Source of the DNA: Candidatus Thorarchaeota archaeon
GTDB taxonomy: Archaea; Asgardarchaeota; Thorarchaeia; Thorarchaeales; Thorarchaeaceae
DNA: 48,031 nucleotides
Reading direction: 5' to 3'
NCBI GenBank assembly: GCA_038893995.1
Contig: JAWAQK010000013.1
Location: 1 to 48,031, forward strand
Below are positions 18,437 to 28,326 of the stretch, one piece after another (position 1 is the stretch's first letter; each line of letters opens with the position of its first letter). The notes under the pieces were generated by a model. The model made no database searches and was not told the origin of the DNA. It saw nothing but the letters and a program-made list of their open reading frames with translations. The translations under genes and the position numbers were made by a program.

Positions 18437-18979
18437 TTGACTAGCGTTGATGAAGTACCCCCCATTGAGATAGACCAGTTTGACACATCATTTGTCGAGA
18501 TGATAAAGCGTACCGGTGGTCCCAACATACAGAGCTGTTTTCAGTGCGGTACTTGTAGCGGCAGCTGTCCCGCGGGGGCCCGGACAAACTACCTCGTACG
18601 GCTGATCATCAGAAAGGCACTACTTGGTCTTAAACAGGAGTGCATTTCGGCTCCTGAGCTGTGGTATTGCACCACCTGCTACACATGCACTGACAGGTGC
18701 CCACAGGATGTCCGACCGACAGACGTGATCAAGGCCATTCGAAACATCGCGGTTGCGGAGGGTTACATGCTTGAGCCCCACCAAGCGGTTGCTCTCAAGG
18801 TCCTGGAAGCCGGTCACGCGGTCCCACTTGACAAGGAGTCCTGGTCCCAGTTAAGAGAAAGAGTCGGCCTTGCACCAAAGCCACCTAATGCCAGCTCACA
18901 TCCCGAGGCGGTTGAGGAGATTGCCAGGCTTGCTCAGAAGACCGGTTTTGACAAGCTCGTGAAGGAGAGGAAAAAGTAA
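18437..18979 (+). CDS. hdrC: Heterodisulfide reductase subunit C (copy 2); alternative GTG 18428
   Basis: CFQCGTCSGSCP, LWYCTTCYTCTDRCP, GHAVP. Confidence 0.93.
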   Translation: MTSVDEVPPIEIDQFDTSFVEMIKRTGGPNIQSCFQCGTCSGSCPAGARTNYLVRLIIRKALLGLKQECISAPELWYCTTCYTCTDRCPQDVRPTDVIKAIRNIAVAEGYMLEPHQAVALKVLEAGHAVPLDKESWSQLRERVGLAPKPPNASSHPEAVEEIARLAQKTGFDKLVKERKK

Positions 18980-18981
18980 AC

Positions 18982-19917
18982 ATGCCCAAGAAACCTGCAT
19001 TCTACCATTTCCTAGGGTGTATCATACCACACCGATATCCGAGCATTGAGAAGGCGACGAAACTAGTCTTCGAGGATCTGGGTATGGACCTACTCGATAT
19101 GGAGGGTGCCTCCTGTTGTCCTGCACCAGGTGTTTTTGGGTCCTTTGATAGGGTCACGTGGGCGACGATCGCGGCTCGGAACCTCACAATTGCAGAAGCT
19201 GGTGGACACGACATAACCACAGGTTGCAACGGATGTTTCGCCAGTCTCTGGGACACAAACCATGAGTTGAAGCATGACGAGGAACTCAGAGCCAAGGTCA
19301 ACGAGAATCTGAGGGAGATTGGCCGCGAATACAGGGGTACTATCGAGGTCACCCACTATGTCGACGCATTGTACAGAGTGGCTGGCATAGAGAAGATCCG
19401 GTCTCGCGTCAGACGGCCCCTCAAGGGTGTCAGGATGGCTCTCCACCCCGGATGTCACTGGATGCGCCCTGCTGCTGTGAAGCAGAAGGACAACAGTGAG
19501 CGTCCTCACATATTGAGAGAGATATGCGAGGCTACGGGAGCGACGTATGTCCCATACAGAGACGAGCTGATCTGTTGTGGTGCTGGTGGGGCCGTCAGGA
19601 CCGCCGACCTCAAGGTGTCTCTAGACTTTACGATGCAGAAGTTTGAGAGTCTCATTGAGGCAGGAGGGGCGGATGTCATAGTCACACCGTGTCCGTTCTG
19701 CGAGCTTCAGCTTGACATGGGCCAAGTAGAGATCGAGAAAAACTTCGGAAAGGTCTACCATTTCGATGTGTTGCATGTGTCCGAGTGGCTTGCTCTCGCC
19801 TTTGGACACGAACCGGATGAGTTCGGGCTCGCGACTCATCTTCAGTACCAACAGAGAAAGATCAGTCCTGCCTTTCTTGCCAAAGTGATCTCAGAAACTG
19901 CTAAGGGTACTGCATGA
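18982..19917 (+). CDS. hdrB: Heterodisulfide reductase subunit B (copy 2, methanogen-like)
   Basis: LGC...CCPAPG...CNGC; HPGCH...CCGAGG...CPFC. Confidence 0.93.
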   Translation: MPKKPAFYHFLGCIIPHRYPSIEKATKLVFEDLGMDLLDMEGASCCPAPGVFGSFDRVTWATIAARNLTIAEAGGHDITTGCNGCFASLWDTNHELKHDEELRAKVNENLREIGREYRGTIEVTHYVDALYRVAGIEKIRSRVRRPLKGVRMALHPGCHWMRPAAVKQKDNSERPHILREICEATGATYVPYRDELICCGAGGAVRTADLKVSLDFTMQKFESLIEAGGADVIVTPCPFCELQLDMGQVEIEKNFGKVYHFDVLHVSEWLALAFGHEPDEFGLATHLQYQQRKISPAFLAKVISETAKGTA

Positions 19918-20157
19918 TCACCAACGACCCCCAGACAGAGAATGCCACCCCGGTTGACTCCTGCGGTGTTGCTACGTGAATCAAATGCAGTGGACTCCTG
20001 ACTTGGTTGATCGAGCCCTATGCCGATATGTCTCCTGCATTCCTGTCCTCTGACTGGCGTCTCTCTGGTGAGTACAGTCTAGGACTGGGCGCTAGAACAT
20101 AACGGTTTTATCATCCGTTTGGTGACGACCCCTCATCCTAATTGGAGCAAGAGCAGA

Positions 20158-23100
20158 ATGACAGGGGCCGAGACTAAGCCGGTTGTCGTTGTTGGAGCTG
20201 GCATCGCCGGTATCAGAGCAGCCTTGGATCTTGCTGAGATGGGCGTCAAGGTGTATCTTGTTGAGAGATCCCCGTCAATCGGAGGACATATGGCTCAGTT
20301 GGACAAGACCTTCCCGACCCTCGACTGTTCGATGTGTATCATGGGCCCTTGGATGGTCGACTGCTCCCGTCATCCAAACATCGAGATACTAAGCCTGTCT
20401 GAGGTCGAGGAGATCGAGGGTCAACCAGGAAACTTTACGGTCCGCATCAAGAGGCACACACGTCGAGTAGACCCGACCAAGTGCACAGGTTGCGGTGAAT
20501 GCCAAAGAGTCTGCCCGATCGAGGTGCCAAACGAGTACGATCTGGGCCTCAAGATGAGAAAGGCCGTGTACATTCCATTTCCCCAGGCGGTTCCTAACGT
20601 TGCAACAGTTGATATTGAGAACTGTATTCGCTGCATGACCTGCGTCAACACCTGTAAGGCCGAGGCCATTGACTTTGACATTGCTGACGAACAGCTGAAG
20701 TTGAGCGCTGGTGCAGTCATCCTTGCAACCGGATACAGTTTGCTCGCTGCTTCTGAGGTTCCCGAATATGGCTATGGTCGTTATCCAAATGTCGTCACAA
20801 GTCTAGAATACGAGAGAATGATCTGTGCGAGCGGTCCAACAGGAGGTGTCCTCATACGTCCCTCCGATGGCACCGAGCCCCACCGAATTGCATTCATTCA
20901 GTGCGTGGGGAGTAGAGATCAGAACCATTGTGCGTACTGTTCAAGAATATGTTGCACCTATGCCACGAAGGAGGCAATCATCACAAAGGAACACAGTCCT
21001 GACGTCGAGATCGATGTGCTATACAATGACCTGCGTGCCTTTGGCAAGGGCTTTGAGGAGTTCCTGAACCGGGGAGAGACTGAGTATGGCATACGCTATG
21101 TGAAGGGTCTTCCAAGCGAGATACTCGAGGACCCTGCTACGAGAGACCTGATAGTGCGCCACAGCGAATCGGGCAGTCATACAGTCGTCACTGACCGATA
21201 CGACCTGGTTGTCCTCTGTCCGGCCATGGTTCCGAATGACAACTCTGAGTTCTTCAGACGAGTCGGAATCATCACCGATCAATATGGTTTTGTTCCAGGT
21301 CATGGGGGCCATGTCGAGAGCGTCAGGACGAACATACCTGGAATATACATGTGTGGTACGATCAATCACCCCAAGGACATTCCAGACTCTGTTTCTCAGG
21401 CAAGTGCTGCAGCTGCTCTTGCGGCCCTCGACCTTGGGATCAGTAGACGTGAGAGGTCGGAGGAGATCACTGAGGAAGAGTTTCGTTCAGCAGCCGGGGA
21501 ACCAAGAATTGGTGTATTCGTGTGCTCCTGCGGTGTGAACATAGCTGGCACAGTGGACGTGTCTGAGGTCACCAGGTATGCGACGACATTGCCGAATGTG
21601 GTTCATGCTCAGAACCTGCTCTACTCCTGTTCCTCCGACGCTCAGACTGTGATAAAGGATGCAATAAAGGAACACAAGCTAAACCGCGTCATTGTTGCAT
21701 CGTGCACCCCACGAACTCATGAGCCACTCTTTAGGGCCACTGTGCAAGAGGCCGGACTCAACAAGTACCTATTCGAGATGGCGAACATAAGGGAGCATTG
21801 TTCGTGGGTCCACCAGAACGCCAAAGATGAGGCCACAGTCAAGGCGATGGACCTGGTACGTATGGCTGTGGCGCGGTCTGCTCTTCTTGAGCCACAGGTT
21901 GAGGCAATCACGCAGATTGAGCCTGCTGCCCTCGTTATTGGAGCTGGAGTTGCTGGGATGTCTGCCGCTCTGACGATCGCACGAGCTGGGTTCAAGGTCT
22001 ATCTTGTCGAACAGCAGGACCGAGTCGGTGGTCTACTGAACAGACTGCAGACGATAGATTTCGATTTCAGGGACGCCGCCAGTGTGGTCCAAGAACATGA
22101 GAAACTGGTTCGTGAGAACCCCAATATCGAGATACTGCTCAGTTCACAGGTCGTGGCGGCTAGCGGTTCAATAGGTGATTTCAACGTCACCATTACAGGC
22201 CCCAGTGGCGAGCGCAAGGTCAAGGTTGGCGTTGTGGTGATTGCAACCGGCGCCCAAGTGCTAGAGGAATCCGGGCTGTATGGTCTACATCAGTTGCCAG
22301 AAGTAATGACGGAGCTGCAGTTCAGTGAACGACTTGCACGCGGAGAAGGCATTCGGGACGGGGACGTATTCGCCGTCATTCACTGTGCAGGTTCAAGGGA
22401 GGAGCAGTCTCTCAAGGGGGCACGGACATGGTGCTCGTCGATCTGCTGTACGGTCGCTCTTGAACACACACTTGAACTCCTACAAAAGTTTCCAAACTGC
22501 AAGGTGTATCATCTGTATCGGGATCTGAGGGTGGCATACGATGTCGAAGACCGATACCGTGAGGCCCGCAAGAAGGGTGTGGTCTTCATAAGATTTGATG
22601 AGAAGAGTCCCCCGGCTGTACTCAAGGGAACGAAGAAGACGTTGAGGGTAGAGGTGGTTGATCAGTCGCTTGGAGCCAAGCTGGGTATCAACGTGGATCA
22701 CGTCGTCCTTGCAACAGCCATGGTGCCCAATGATGGGAACCGCGAACTCTCAGAGTTGTTCAAGGTACCTCTGAACATCTCGGGTTTCTTCATGGAGGCA
22801 CACCCCAAACTTCGACCTGTAGACTTCCAGACTGATGGTGTATATGTGGCCGGCACCGCCGTTGCTCCGAAATCGATCAATGAGGCGATATCCCAGGGTA
22901 GGGGTGCTGCTGCAAGAGCACTGATACCCCTCATAAGTGGCGTACGGAGGGCCGAAGCTGTGGTGTCGGTCGTCGACCCAGAAGTCTGTGTAGGTTGCGG
23001 AACCTGCGAGACAAACTGTGTCTACAACGCGATAGAGGTGGTCTCGGGCGAGGGCGGACATGACTATGCAGTGTCCAACCCTGTCTTGTGTCAGGGTTGT

Positions 23101-23607
23101 GGTAAGTGTGCTGCGGGCTGTCCCTCAGGTGCCATAACAATGAAACACTTCACTGACGACCAAATCCTTGCACAGATACGTGCTGCCATCGCCGATGCTC
23201 CCCGTTCATCGCCGCGCATCGTTGCGATCCTATGCAACTGGTGCAGCTATGCAGGCGCAGACAACGCTGGAGTCTCTCGGTTTCAACAGCCTACAAATGT
23301 CAGAGACATTCGCGTGATGTGCACTGGGCGAGTCAGTGTGGCACACATGCTTGAGGCGTTCAGGATGGGTGCAGACATGGTGTGGATCTCTGGCTGTCAC
23401 TTCGGTGACTGTCACTACGTTGATGGCAACGTGACGTTTGAGCGCCGTTTCGCGATAGCCCGGAAACTCTTGGAGAAGGCAGGACTTGAGCCTGAGCGAC
23501 TTCAATTTACACAGGTCAGTGCGAGTGAGGGATCGATTTGGGCCGAGAAGGTCAGGGACATGGTAAAGCTTGCTGAGCGGCTTGGTCCAAGCCCTCTCAG
23601 GAGGTGA
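20158..23607 (+). CDS. hdrA: Large HdrA with two FAD modules, fused to a C-terminal MvhD [2Fe-2S] domain
   Basis: Two GAGxAG Rossmann motifs, DKTFPTLDCSMC, inserted ferredoxin, CSRICC, internal VFVCSCG...SCTP...NIREHCSW domain, HPKLRPV, C-terminal ferredoxin, then MvhD motifs CNWCSYAGAD, RVMCTGR, GCHFGDCHY. Confidence 0.95.
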   Translation: MTGAETKPVVVVGAGIAGIRAALDLAEMGVKVYLVERSPSIGGHMAQLDKTFPTLDCSMCIMGPWMVDCSRHPNIEILSLSEVEEIEGQPGNFTVRIKRHTRRVDPTKCTGCGECQRVCPIEVPNEYDLGLKMRKAVYIPFPQAVPNVATVDIENCIRCMTCVNTCKAEAIDFDIADEQLKLSAGAVILATGYSLLAASEVPEYGYGRYPNVVTSLEYERMICASGPTGGVLIRPSDGTEPHRIAFIQCVGSRDQNHCAYCSRICCTYATKEAIITKEHSPDVEIDVLYNDLRAFGKGFEEFLNRGETEYGIRYVKGLPSEILEDPATRDLIVRHSESGSHTVVTDRYDLVVLCPAMVPNDNSEFFRRVGIITDQYGFVPGHGGHVESVRTNIPGIYMCGTINHPKDIPDSVSQASAAAALAALDLGISRRERSEEITEEEFRSAAGEPRIGVFVCSCGVNIAGTVDVSEVTRYATTLPNVVHAQNLLYSCSSDAQTVIKDAIKEHKLNRVIVASCTPRTHEPLFRATVQEAGLNKYLFEMANIREHCSWVHQNAKDEATVKAMDLVRMAVARSALLEPQVEAITQIEPAALVIGAGVAGMSAALTIARAGFKVYLVEQQDRVGGLLNRLQTIDFDFRDAASVVQEHEKLVRENPNIEILLSSQVVAASGSIGDFNVTITGPSGERKVKVGVVVIATGAQVLEESGLYGLHQLPEVMTELQFSERLARGEGIRDGDVFAVIHCAGSREEQSLKGARTWCSSICCTVALEHTLELLQKFPNCKVYHLYRDLRVAYDVEDRYREARKKGVVFIRFDEKSPPAVLKGTKKTLRVEVVDQSLGAKLGINVDHVVLATAMVPNDGNRELSELFKVPLNISGFFMEAHPKLRPVDFQTDGVYVAGTAVAPKSINEAISQGRGAAARALIPLISGVRRAEAVVSVVDPEVCVGCGTCETNCVYNAIEVVSGEGGHDYAVSNPVLCQGCGKCAAGCPSGAITMKHFTDDQILAQIRAAIADAPRSSPRIVAILCNWCSYAGADNAGVSRFQQPTNVRDIRVMCTGRVSVAHMLEAFRMGADMVWISGCHFGDCHYVDGNVTFERRFAIARKLLEKAGLEPERLQFTQVSASEGSIWAEKVRDMVKLAERLGPSPLRR

Positions 23608-23612
23608 ACCAT

Positions 23613-24131
23613 ATGGAACAGACGTGGGGACAGCTAAAGAATCTGGAAGAAACCACCTTCGAGCTGGCAGATGACAGCTTCACCCGGGAGGTGTCCGGAT
23701 TACTGGGTGGACAAGACCTGACTGCTTGTTTCCAGTGTGCCAAGTGCAGCGCAGGATGTCCTGTCAGTGACAAGGTGAATGTACAGATTCACCAGCTCAT
23801 GCGTATGCTTCTGTTTGGCCTGCCTCAGGTACTGGAAACAGACATGGTCTGGCTATGCACCACCTGTTATACCTGTCAGGAGCGGTGCCCACAGGGGATT
23901 GCAATAACGGACATACTCTTTGGTCTAAAGAACATGGCATTTCGAAGAAGACTGACTCCCCCTGGCTATATTGCAGCCAGGAAGAGCCTATACGAGTCCG
24001 GTCGTCTTTACGAGGTCACAGACTGGGAGCGCGACGACCTCGGTCTCGGACCGGTACCCGAGCTAAATACGGAACATATCCGCTCAATGTTTGACAAGAC
24101 TGGACTGATGAAACTTGAGGAGAGAGACTGA
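23613..24131 (+). CDS. hdrC: Heterodisulfide reductase subunit C (copy 3)
   Basis: ATG after AGGAGGTG. CFQCAKCSAGCP, VWLCTTCYTCQERCP. Confidence 0.9.
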   Translation: MEQTWGQLKNLEETTFELADDSFTREVSGLLGGQDLTACFQCAKCSAGCPVSDKVNVQIHQLMRMLLFGLPQVLETDMVWLCTTCYTCQERCPQGIAITDILFGLKNMAFRRRLTPPGYIAARKSLYESGRLYEVTDWERDDLGLGPVPELNTEHIRSMFDKTGLMKLEERD

Positions 24132-24132
24132 G

Positions 24133-25008
24133 ATGACACTCAGCTACGAGGTATTCTTGGGCTGTGCCATTCCCAATCGTTTCAACAATTACGAGAGTTC
24201 CATGCGTGCTGTCGCCGCGGAACTGGGGATCGAGCTGCTGGACTTCGAGGGTGCTTCGTGCTGCGGCACAGTCGTCCTGAAGTCAATCGATGAATTGAGC
24301 TGGCTCTCCATGTCCGGCCGAAACATCGCTCTTGCAGAGAGCCGAGGTCATCAGATTGTCACGCCGTGTAACGGTTGCTTTGGCTCCCTAAGGGACACTT
24401 ACCACGTCCTCAGTCACAGTGAGACATACCGAAGTAGAGTCAACGACATACTACGTCCGTTGGGTCTTCAGTTCACAGGAGCCTCGAGAGTCCGGCACTT
24501 CGTGGAAGTGCTCTACGACCTAAGGGAGCAGATACCTGAGAGGATACGGTATCGCCTGGATGGCCTAAAGATCGCGTTTCACCCTGGTTGCCACCTACTC
24601 CGGCCATCTCAGGTTGCAGAGTTTGACGATCCCGAACTTCCTCGCAAGGTCGAGCATATACTAGAACTCACTGGGGCGAGGTGTGTCCCCTGGAACCTGA
24701 AGTTGAGATGTTGTGGCTCTCCGCTATTGATAGCAAGCGAAACGACGGCATCCCAGATACTCCGGGAGAAGCTGATCTCGGCGCATGAAGCGGGGGCGCA
24801 ATGTATAGTCACCAACTGCCCTGCATGTCACACACAGTTCGATGTTCAGGCACTTGGGCTCAAGGATGATTCAGGAAGGAGCCTGGAGCTTCCGGCCCTC
24901 TTCGTGACACAGATCCTCGGCATTGCAATGGGACTGGACAAGTCGGGGCTCGGGCTCGAACTCAATCGTGTGTCATTGGACCCCATCTCTCATCTGCTGG
25001 GTCTGTGA
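24133..25008 (+). CDS. hdrB: Heterodisulfide reductase subunit B (copy 3, divergent)
   Basis: LGC...SCCG...CNGC; HPGCHLLRP...CCG...CPAC. Confidence 0.9.
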   Translation: MTLSYEVFLGCAIPNRFNNYESSMRAVAAELGIELLDFEGASCCGTVVLKSIDELSWLSMSGRNIALAESRGHQIVTPCNGCFGSLRDTYHVLSHSETYRSRVNDILRPLGLQFTGASRVRHFVEVLYDLREQIPERIRYRLDGLKIAFHPGCHLLRPSQVAEFDDPELPRKVEHILELTGARCVPWNLKLRCCGSPLLIASETTASQILREKLISAHEAGAQCIVTNCPACHTQFDVQALGLKDDSGRSLELPALFVTQILGIAMGLDKSGLGLELNRVSLDPISHLLGL

Positions 25009-25036
25009 GTACGCCTGCCATCTGTGGATTCCCGCC

Positions 25037-26029
25037 CTATGTAGCGGGTCCGCCGTATAGATGACAGGCGACGTATCGGTTGCCCTCGAGCGCAAGTAGC
25101 TGGGGCTCGACCCGGGAACATGGCTCGAATGCCTTGGGACACCTTGGATGAAACCGACAACCTGTCGGTGGATCGATTGGGCTGGGGATCTCTCCCCTTG
25201 GAACAGGTTCTGTCCTCTTGGCCTTGGGGTCAGGGACAGGGATGGCGCGCATTAGGCCCTGTGAGTATGGATGAAGCGGGTCTTCATAGATTCTGTTTCT
25301 GTCCGCAATCTCTGCTATCTTACCAAGGTACATGACTGCGATCCTGTCACACACGTGCCTTGCTGTGGCCAAATCATGAGATATGAACAGGTATGTCAGA
25401 TTGAACTGCTTCTTGAGCTCGAGCATCAGGTCGAGTATCTGTGCCTTCATCGAAACGTCAACCATCGCGACTGGTTCATCGGTCACCACGAATTCTGGTC
25501 TGAGTGCCATGGCTCGGGCAAATACGACACGTTGCTTCTGACCTCCGCTGAGCTGGTGAGGAGGCCTATCGTAGAATGAATTCGCTGGAGCCAGTCCGAC
25601 TAGCTCAAGCATCTCCTCCGCTCTCTTCCGCTGCTCCTCTCTGGTTCCAATCCCCTGCAGTTTCAGAGCATCAGCAACGGCATCCCCAATGGTCATACGT
25701 GGATTCAGTGACGAAGTCGGATCCTGAAATGTGAACTGCACCCTCCTCCTAATCAGCCGCAGTTGCTCCCCCTTCAGTTGTGATAGATCGATCCCATCGA
25801 AGAGAATCTTGCCGCTGGTCGGCTGGATCAGATTCACGCAGAGCCGTCCTAATGTTGTCTTTCCTGACCCACTCTCTCCGACGAGCCCGAGGATCTCACC
25901 CCTTTCGATCTCAAACGAGACACCATCCACTGCTCTCACGAATTTCTTCTCTCTAGTGAACAGCTGACTGACTATACCCTTCTGTACGGGAAAGTACTTC
26001 TTGACCCCCTCTACTCTCAGCAATGCCAA
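25037..26029 (-). CDS. dppF: Oligo/dipeptide ABC transporter ATP-binding subunit (DppF/OppF)
   Basis: GESGSGKT, LSGGQ, DEP, HPYS, GCRFHPRC...C...ACH. Confidence 0.93.
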   Translation of the reverse strand: MALLRVEGVKKYFPVQKGIVSQLFTREKKFVRAVDGVSFEIERGEILGLVGESGSGKTTLGRLCVNLIQPTSGKILFDGIDLSQLKGEQLRLIRRRVQFTFQDPTSSLNPRMTIGDAVADALKLQGIGTREEQRKRAEEMLELVGLAPANSFYDRPPHQLSGGQKQRVVFARAMALRPEFVVTDEPVAMVDVSMKAQILDLMLELKKQFNLTYLFISHDLATARHVCDRIAVMYLGKIAEIADRNRIYEDPLHPYSQGLMRAIPVPDPKAKRTEPVPRGEIPSPIDPPTGCRFHPRCPKAFEPCSRVEPQLLALEGNRYVACHLYGGPAT

Positions 26030-26032
26030 CCT

Positions 26033-27037
26033 TCATTCCTCCCAGAAATGACACGCCACGACTCCGTCTTTCTCCACAGGTTCAAGCAACGGCTCTACCT
26101 CTCGGCACTGGGCCTTGGCAAATGGACACCTAGGTTCGTACTTACACCCTGGCGACAGCTGAGTCAGGTCTGGTGGCGCCCCTGGAATCCATGTCAGCTT
26201 CTTGTCAGGTCTAGTCACGTCAGCAACCGACTGCAACAGAGCCCGGGTGTACGGATGTTTCGGTCGTTCAAAGAGAGACTCGGCACCCGCCCTCTCGACT
26301 ATCCTCCCCGCATATATTACAGCTATATCGTCGGCGGTCTGTGCCAGCACTCCCAGGTTATGAGTGATCATGATCATAGTGAGGTTGAATTTCCTCTTGA
26401 GATCAGCCATCAGATCCAATATCTGTGCCTCAACTACTACATCCAGTGACGTCGTTGGTTCGTCTGCTATGAGCAGCCGCGGATTGAGGGCTAACCCAAG
26501 GCCCACCATGACTCTCTGTCTCATCCCGCCGCTGAACTGATGAGGATAGTCCGATACACGGTTTGAGAGAATTCCCAGATCATTGAGCAATCCTCTTGCT
26601 CTGTCAAGCGCTTCTTCTTTTGATACGTCGGGTTCGTGAGCGCGTATGAGCTCCACGAAGTGGTCGCCAATGTTCATCATCGGATTTAAGGATGTCATTG
26701 GGTCCTGGAATATGTATGATATCTTTCGTCCCCTCAGCAGTCCCATTTTGTGCTCGCTGATCTTCATTATGTCGATCGGGCCTGCCGGAATGACATGCGT
26801 GTCTTTGCGCAATTCCTCGTCGTTGTTCAGGACTATCCTGCCGCTCACGATCCTGCCTGGATAGGGAACCAGTCGTATTATTGCCCGTCCGAATGTTGAC
26901 TTACCGCACCCCGATTCCCCCACAATACCGAGTGTCGTGTTCTCTGTCACCGAGAGCGAGACATTGTCCAGGGCTCTAGCTGTCCCTCGCCTGGTCGTGT
27001 ATTCGACAGTGAGTCCTTCCACCTCTAGTAGTTCCAT
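26033..27037 (-). CDS. dppD: Oligo/dipeptide ABC transporter ATP-binding subunit (DppD/OppD)
   Basis: GESGCGKS, FQDPMTSLNP, YPHQFSGGMRQR, DEPTT, HPYT, C-terminal Cys cluster. Confidence 0.93.
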   Translation of the reverse strand: MELLEVEGLTVEYTTRRGTARALDNVSLSVTENTTLGIVGESGCGKSTFGRAIIRLVPYPGRIVSGRIVLNNDEELRKDTHVIPAGPIDIMKISEHKMGLLRGRKISYIFQDPMTSLNPMMNIGDHFVELIRAHEPDVSKEEALDRARGLLNDLGILSNRVSDYPHQFSGGMRQRVMVGLGLALNPRLLIADEPTTSLDVVVEAQILDLMADLKRKFNLTMIMITHNLGVLAQTADDIAVIYAGRIVERAGAESLFERPKHPYTRALLQSVADVTRPDKKLTWIPGAPPDLTQLSPGCKYEPRCPFAKAQCREVEPLLEPVEKDGVVACHFWEE

Positions 27038-27042
27038 TCTGA

Positions 27043-28311
27043 TCACTCCCTGAGCCGAGGTGTGAGTATCTCGTTGACTCCCTCACCAATCAGCGCAAAT
27101 CCTAGCGCGAGTATGACTATCATGATCCCCGGAAATGTTATGATCCACCATGCTCCGACCACGAGAAGGTCCTTTGAGCCGGCTGTGAGGTCCCATCCCC
27201 AGTCTGCCACATCAATGCCCATTCCGAGTCCAATGAATGTGAGTCCCGCGGCGGTGAGTATTGCATCGGCGAAGTTCATCGACATTACCACTACCGAGGA
27301 GGGCAGAACATTCGGCAGTATGTATCTCAACAAGACATCCCGGTTTCGGGCGCCCAGGACGACAGCGGCCTCTACGTAAGGTAGCTCCTTGACTGTCAAC
27401 ACTTGGCTTCTTATCACTCTGAAATATGATGGAATATACACCACTGATATGGCAAGGGCCATATTCACAACGCCACGACCGAGTATTGCCGCAACTGCAA
27501 TTGCCAGTACAAGCCCCGGGAGGGCGAAGATGCTGTCCATGACTAATGCAACTGTCCTATCCACCAGACCTCCTCTGTAGGAAGCCGCCAGTCCCAATGG
27601 CACTCCAACGGCGAAGCAGATCGCCACTGAGAGCACTGCCACCTGAAGCATGGTGGCTCCCCCTGCAATAGTCCTGCTGAGAAGATCCTGACCGAGTGAG
27701 GTAGTACCCATCGGGAACGAGAGGCTTGGTGGCGACCTGACTGGGCCTACGTTCAGTGTGAATGGATTGTAGGGAACAATGTAAGTTGAGATGGCCGTCA
27801 TGTAGACTATGGACAGTGTGATCGCCAACCCTGAGAGAGTGAGATAACCGGGCATTCCTCTGACACTGAGTCTGGGATATCCTTCGTAGAAAACTATGAG
27901 GATTGCTCCGAGTGCGGTCGAACCAACCATGGTTGCGACTGATAGGTCGACAGCTTCAGTAGGTCTGAGCCCCCATGAAAGGCCGAAGAGGGCAGCGTAG
28001 ATCGCTGTCGTCATGCCAATCTGGGCAATGTACCCCTCTCGCTTGCTCAGTCTTCTTGTCATCAGATTGCGTCTGACTGGTTCCAAGAGTGCAATGCCAA
28101 ACGCACCGATGAACGTGATTATCACAACAGGTACCCCAATGCCACTGTGTGACCTCATTGCAACCAGGAACAGCCCTACCATCAGGAGTACTACTACTGC
28201 TGCAATCGTGACAAAGACAGCCCTCCATTGTCTTGACCTTTGACCGATTTCTAGTCTGGTCCTCAGAAATCTGATAATTGGATAGAATATGCCTCCAATG
28301 TTGTTCTCCAT
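27043..28311 (-). CDS. dppC: Peptide ABC permease (DppC/OppC) with an N-terminal membrane extension
   Basis: PMGTTSLGQDLLSR, EAA loop (YVEAAVVLGA), ILPN, LTFIGLG, WG, WW..FPG. Confidence 0.9.
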   Translation of the reverse strand: MENNIGGIFYPIIRFLRTRLEIGQRSRQWRAVFVTIAAVVVLLMVGLFLVAMRSHSGIGVPVVIITFIGAFGIALLEPVRRNLMTRRLSKREGYIAQIGMTTAIYAALFGLSWGLRPTEAVDLSVATMVGSTALGAILIVFYEGYPRLSVRGMPGYLTLSGLAITLSIVYMTAISTYIVPYNPFTLNVGPVRSPPSLSFPMGTTSLGQDLLSRTIAGGATMLQVAVLSVAICFAVGVPLGLAASYRGGLVDRTVALVMDSIFALPGLVLAIAVAAILGRGVVNMALAISVVYIPSYFRVIRSQVLTVKELPYVEAAVVLGARNRDVLLRYILPNVLPSSVVVMSMNFADAILTAAGLTFIGLGMGIDVADWGWDLTAGSKDLLVVGAWWIITFPGIMIVILALGFALIGEGVNEILTPRLRE

Positions 28312-28326
28312 CTCTCGACGCCCACC

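Noticed and set aside
19918-20100. Possible long-range stems downstream of hdrB copy 2
   Set aside because: Imperfect 7-10-bp pairings over about 130 nt are expected by chance at this GC content.
1-23607. The group 3b hydrogenase as the direct partner of HdrA-MvhD
   Set aside because: MvhD normally docks group 3c MvhAG or formate dehydrogenase; this enzyme has its own NAD(P)-linked gamma subunit, and nothing in the sequence supports the pairing.
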